Below, piece after piece: positions 58,529-64,000 of a stretch of 64,000 bases of DNA. The position numbers and the translations under genes are program-made. Origin of the DNA: Eledone cirrhosa (lineage: Eukaryota); assembly GCA_964016885.1 (NCBI GenBank), contig OZ024747.1, positions 36,208,001-36,272,000 of the forward strand. The letters are read 5' to 3'. Within the stretch, counting starts at the first letter, position 1, and each line of letters starts with the position of its first letter. The notes under the pieces are model-generated. The model saw only the letters and a program-made list of their open reading frames with translations, was not told the origin of the DNA and searched no databases.

Positions 58529-58711
58529 TGTTTCTACTTTAGGCACAAGACCAGCAATTACCCAGTGCATTACTGGTACTTTATTTTATCGACCCCGTAA
58601 GGATGAAAGGCAAAGTCAACCTTGGCGGGATTTGAACTCAGATCGTAAAGGGACGTAACTATGCTGGAAAGCATGGCGTCCGACCCTCTACCGATACTGC
58701 CAATCCACCTC
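58529..58711 (-). mobile_element. Full-length SINE with 14-bp target-site duplication
   Basis: tttatcttaataat at 58515-58528 and 58712-58725. Confidence 0.9.
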
Positions 58712-59929
58712 TTTATCTTAATAATGTGTAACTATGTGGATTAATAGCTAACCAATATGTATTATTCATGTATGTATGCCAATTTTAAGAAAGGAGATGA
58801 GATTTTCAATAGTTTATATTTTATAGACCATAGTGGAATTTTCCTCGTAAGAAATTTAGAATATATTTTTCTATGAAAGTTGTGCGTGAAAATATCTTTC
58901 CAGAAATTACATTTTCACAATGCATGTATATTCGTCATGGGATAATATTTTATTTAGCATTAGAATATTCAGTATATAGAACGTTGGGAAAGGTTCATTT
59001 AAAACGATGATTATAGAGCAAATATTATATTAGGTTTATTATCTTAATGAGGTAAGTTTCCCAATTAACAAATTGAAGAAGAAGCTATTTAACTTCAATT
59101 GAAAGAGAATCACATTAACAGAAAATAATTAACGTTATACACAACAGAGAGATTTCAATGCGTCTCTTTGAAATGTCAAATATGAAAACAATTTTAAAAA
59201 CCATACATCCTGTCTTGTTTATTTATTGACTAATTTTTTCAGAAATATTTCAAATTTTTGAATATAAACTGAGAACATTTTACCATATGTTCTCATAGAC
59301 ACATATATAACCACTATAAATAGATTGTCCTATAATAGCATATTATTTATTCTTTTGTAGCTAAATCGCGTGCAAAACGATTATAAGATGATAGCTTAAT
59401 TGCAAAGAATAAAATTGTGACAATCGAATACTAAGTCACGAATAATGTTTTAAAGTATTGTTGAATGTACAGATTAATTTCAAGCGGATTCCATACAAAA
59501 TAAATAATATATGTCTAGAAAACATCCTTCTAGTTTGTGTCAAATCCATTGGAATTAATTTGTCATTTACAATCTAGTGACCACACATGGGGAATATGAA
59601 ACGAAATTTGTGCACGAATGCCGCAACGATTAATGATAGGTTTTAGTTAAACGAATCTCGTAAGTTGCGGTTGAACATCTGAAGCAGAAACGAAAGAATC
59701 AGAATTTATTATAACGTTTGTGTTGAGTGGCATCGCAGAAGACTGCCGCTGAAAACAATTGGATATAACTTACTCGCGACCTGTGATGCTGGAATTACAA
59801 ATATCTAATTATCTAGTGCCCATTAGGCCTCCTAACTAATCAATACAAGAAAGTGAGAAAACTGCTATTAAACCTAATATTGAGGTATCATTAACATGGC
59901 CCACTTCTGCGTATAACTATTAAATACAG

Positions 59930-60110
59930 TAATTAACAGTCTGTCAATTTCTGATTTTCAAGCGAAATTAAAAATATCTCGTTAACAGTTGTTGGCTGGT
60001 GAGCATTACTGATGTTTTTCATAATTGGCATATATGAAACGCTTCATAAACACAAAGGGGTTTTCACATTCATCAGCAGTGTTCACAGGCAAAACTTTCA
60101 TTATGGGTTT
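59930..60110 (-). pseudogene. Possible decayed hAT transposase C-terminal dimerisation region
   Basis: Minus frame KVLPVNTADECENPFVFMKR, later IFLISLE, resembling LPV+TA.CERSFS.MKR...L.ISIE. Confidence 0.4.
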
Positions 60111-61059
60111 CGGATATTGAGGTTTGAACTTTTAATACGAACTGTGATACACCACTTATCGATGGTAATTGATTAGGGATCAAACATCATGGATCTTAAC
60201 ACCACAGTTGTTAATAGCTATAATTATTTGAACGTGAAATAGAAACTGTCAGTATTACTATTATCATTGCATTTCATTCTAATTTCCATTTCTACGACAA
60301 CATCAGTAAATTCCATTAAAATTGAAATACTAAAACATGGCAGGAAGAACATTTTATCCTGTTCAATGGTACCTCTTATGTGTGACAGCAAACCTTGCAC
60401 TCGGAGCAATGACTGAATAATTGCTACAAAACATCTTTAATTGATGCTTATGATATTTTCGCCGATGTTAGGTTCTGCAATATATAGAGATTGGATATTA
60501 TTTAAATGACTAACCACACTACTGAAACGCTTATCCTGTTTTAGTGTTTGACAGGCATGTGTTCAATTTTATAATGAATTACACTAAATGAGGGATTCGT
60601 ATCTGTAGTAAAATATTTCTCTCAATTTATACATGTTTCAAATTTTACACATGCCAAAATAGACAACAAATATGTCGTGTAAATTAGTCAACAGATGACA
60701 TCCTGAAAATATAGTAGTTCGCTATCAATACAAATTACAGAAAGAAATTACCAATTTTGCAAGAAATGTCTAAGAAAAATGAAATGGCAACATTTGAGAT
60801 ACAAATATTTCGATCATTACACAGGGCCACAGCATTATATTTGGTAAATGCAGGGGCATTTACCAAATGACAGTTCTTTGGTATTCAACAATAGAATACT
60901 ATTATATCGTTTTATTCTTATTGGAATTTAAGATAACAAGTCATCTTGTACACGTATTGTGTCACATCTGTTTGTTGTTTTGTCCACTGTAAATATACGT
61001 TACTATCAATTTCCACACTTCCACTATACCTAAAACTTTTATAAAATATTAGTCTTGGT

Positions 61060-61217
61060 ACGATAGGTGCTGAGCTGGCCAGCCGCACGTGTGAGCCCCG
61101 CGTGTTGTAGTGGCTTTTCCAGCGCGTCTCCCTTGCCGTCCTCCGGGGAAACGCCTTCTTCATTCCGTCCGCCGGGTCTGTGGGTGGGCCCCATCGCGTA
61201 CCGTTGTAGTTGTTGTA
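61060..61217 (+). mobile_element. 3' fragment of the CRE-like family
   Basis: Diverged reverse complement of 47582-47740 (gggccccatcgcgtaccgtt.tagttgttgta). Confidence 0.85.
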
Positions 61218-61310
61218 TACAGGTATTAACTCATCAATCCCATTGTCCCAATCCAAAAGTGATAAAAATTCCCTTGTAATACGTAATATATATATATATA
61301 TATATATATA

Positions 61311-62304
61311 AATTTTGAGTATATGTTGGTTGATTACCGACACCTCAGTATGCAGATTGGAGCACTCGACGAGGTACGCAGGTTGGTTTGGTTACTCCGG
61401 AGTAATGTAAAATAAAATAATTAAGTCAAATATTTAAAATTTGGTTTCGTTTATTAAAGGTGTACTGCCATATATATTTTGGTGACAGCCATCATTGGCT
61501 GTGACTTCTTCAGGCAGTCTGAATTGGTGTCGTAGAGAGAGGTACACATGTTGTTGAAGTGTTTAACTCCGTCAATACTCCGATAAGCCCAGTTCCTGGT
61601 TGGGTTGTCATTTCTCTGAGGATCTGGAATCATATGAATTCGAACAAACGAATTCGGCGTCAAAGGACACTCTTTCCTCCCATTGGTCAGTTGTGAGAAC
61701 ATTCCTCACACAAAAGTCTATAGAAATTTTTCTGAGGGAAGTCAATCTGTTGTGGTTGTTTTTGTTAAGTACAGCTGACCCTTGTGTTGGTAGTGGTATT
61801 GGTGTTAGGGGGTCAGTAGGCAGGTCACCTTTAGTTCGGCTGGTGCTATGTTTAGAAGAATTTCCCGTGTTGGGGGTGGGGGGCAAACAGATGAAGAAAT
61901 AAGATAAAGTAAAATGGAGAAATATAAGAATAAGAGGGAATAAAATGAAGAAAATAAAAAAAATAAAAATAAATAAATAAATAAACAAAAAAATAATAAA
62001 AGAATAAAAAGAATAAGATAATAAAAGAATAACAGAATAAAATTAGAATGCGTGTGTGTTATAACCAATCTCAAAGTTTGAAAGATTTGGAAAATATTGA
62101 CTTAAGTAGAAAGGCTGTGTGTCAGAATTAAGAAGTGCAAACTATTGACGGAGTTAAACACTTCAACAACACATGTACCTGTCTCTACCACACCAATTTG
62201 GACTGCCTGAAAGGTCACAGCCAAGGATGGTTGTCACCGAAATATATATAGCAGTACACCTTTAATAAACGAAGCCAAATTTTAAAAATTTGACTTAATT
62301 ATTT

Positions 62305-62308
<4 letters not shown>
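61311..62308. mobile_element. Old fold-back PLE-type element: arms 61411-61577 / 62143-62308, tail 61311-61410, (TA)n flanks
   Basis: Arms are diverged reverse complements. Each holds a decayed hammerhead (61464-61518 minus; 62202-62255 plus: ACUGC CUGAA- ...CAGCCA-AGGA-UGGUUG... GAAA UAUAUA UA GCAGU). Confidence 0.75.
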
Positions 62309-62385
<77 letters not shown>

Positions 62386-64000
62386 GTATAAAAGAGAAAA
62401 CACAGGTAAGCATTAAGAGAAGGATTTTATCCAGGTATTTACGACCGTTTCATTGGTAAGTGCAACCTTATATTGCTATACTGAAAATAGCAGCCACTCA
62501 ATTATAATTGTTGTTCACAGTCCAAATTTTCAAAATAGTAAGTTACTCTTGAAATAATTCTTAATATATAGAGAAACACATTTATTTGGAATTGTATTTA
62601 CTAGTATAGAGAGAGAGGAATCAGAAGGTGAGGGGACAAACGGAATAGTATAGAGAGAGAGGAAGGGGGAAGAGGTTGGTAGTAGAGTGACAAACTGAGA
62701 TGGAGGGAGGTGTAGAGGTGGAAAAAAATTATCGAACGCGCCCCCATATCGGAGTGGTATGAGAAGCTGTCGATTATGCGACCTTGAGCTGTTCCACATC
62801 TTGAGTTCGAAGAATAAGTTACTCAACAATAAAATCGAAAGATCAATTTATTGTAACCATAGACTCAAAGAGAAGTTTTCGCACTACTAATCGAACCTTT
62901 AACCTCTTACTACCAACTGACAAACTGCATGTACTTAGACTTTATACCCTCTTGTATCTAAACCATTTTAATTACCCACAAAACCAATGCATATATCCCT
63001 CTCTTCTCCCTCATTCCTCTTCTAATTCTTCGTTTTCTTCCTTCCTTCCCTCCCCTTCTTGGCTATCTTTTCTTTTTTTCTTTCTCACCCCCTTCTTTGC
63101 TTTTATTTTTGTCATTATTATCTTTATCTTTATTTTATATATATATATTTATCTCTTTATATCTCCCCACTCTCTCTCTCTCTCTCCCTCTCTATCCATC
63201 CCTCCCACTATGATCAATTTAATTCTCTTTAACTCACTACATTCCACGACATGATGTCTGCTATCAAAACTGACCAAAGAATCCTTCCACCTATACCCTC
63301 CCTCCATCTCAGTTTGTCACTCTACTTCCTACTACGTTGAAACCATCCATGAAACTGGCTTTCTTAACCAAGAACTGGATCACAATAAGCAATTTTTTGC
63401 TTCTCTAACTATATATATAGATTTAGGAATAACCGAAGAGTGCTTAGAAATACATTGTTTTACTAGCTAACAGTGTTTCTTCCGTACCCTAAGGCAGGAA
63501 TCATCAAGAGTATATCATTAGTTGCATGCTCCATCAAGCTGCGTCACCAGAACAAGATTAAGGGGCCAGCAAGGGGGTCCCGAGGCCAGCGCTAAATAGA
63601 AACAGACACAATTCATGACGCATATACTGTCATAAGATGTCGTAAAAAATGTCATAAAAGATTACATCAAAGATCACATCAAAGATTTATCATTTACATG
63701 GTGCAATAGATAACAAGGAGGTTGGGAGAGCGTAGCAGGGAATGAGTGAAGGTGTTACTCAGCATGGTCAAAAACAATTAAAAAAAAAACAAAAATAAAA
63801 AAAGTAGAAGCAAAACACCAAAAGAAACAAACTAATCAAGGCATAGATACATCAAAGCACAAGCATGTAGATACAGGATGTACAGGCAGATTAAGAGATC
63901 TTGCAAGCATGAGTCTATGAGAAGGATAGTTGGTGGAGCTTTACATGTAGGATTGTCTATAGGAAGTTTATACCGCCATGTAACAGGTCGATCCTTCGTA

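Noticed and set aside
62382-63500. Possible further PLE remnant (GAAACGGUC on minus at ~62437-62450; short inverted repeat ~62686-62722 / ~63287-63325)
   Set aside because: No CUGANGA and only vague RT or endonuclease-like peptide traces.

Overview
AT-rich, microsatellite-rich animal genomic DNA with no recognisable host protein-coding gene. The recurrent tRNA-type SINE resembles, from memory and unchecked, an octopus/cephalopod repeat. Most ORF-track entries are (TA)n/(CA)n artefacts. Content: (1) a nest of non-LTR retrotransposons in (TTA)n tracts at 24-42 kb, comprising four R4/Dong-like copies and one Tx1-like element split by a 27-bp minisatellite; (2) a decayed CRE-clade element with an N-terminal PHD-type finger; (3) a Neptune-type Penelope-like element (RT + GIY-YIG) in a fold-back arrangement, with two short derivatives; (4) about a dozen sequence-distinct short elements next to (TA)n tracts carrying type I hammerhead ribozyme folds, mostly as inverted or tandem duplications. 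Group 4 includes a homologous pair of 310/320-bp retrozyme-like monomers with covarying ribozymes (one with a U3-A8 core) and a recurrent A10.1-G11.1 variant. All RNA structures were folded by eye; boundaries may be off by a few bases.
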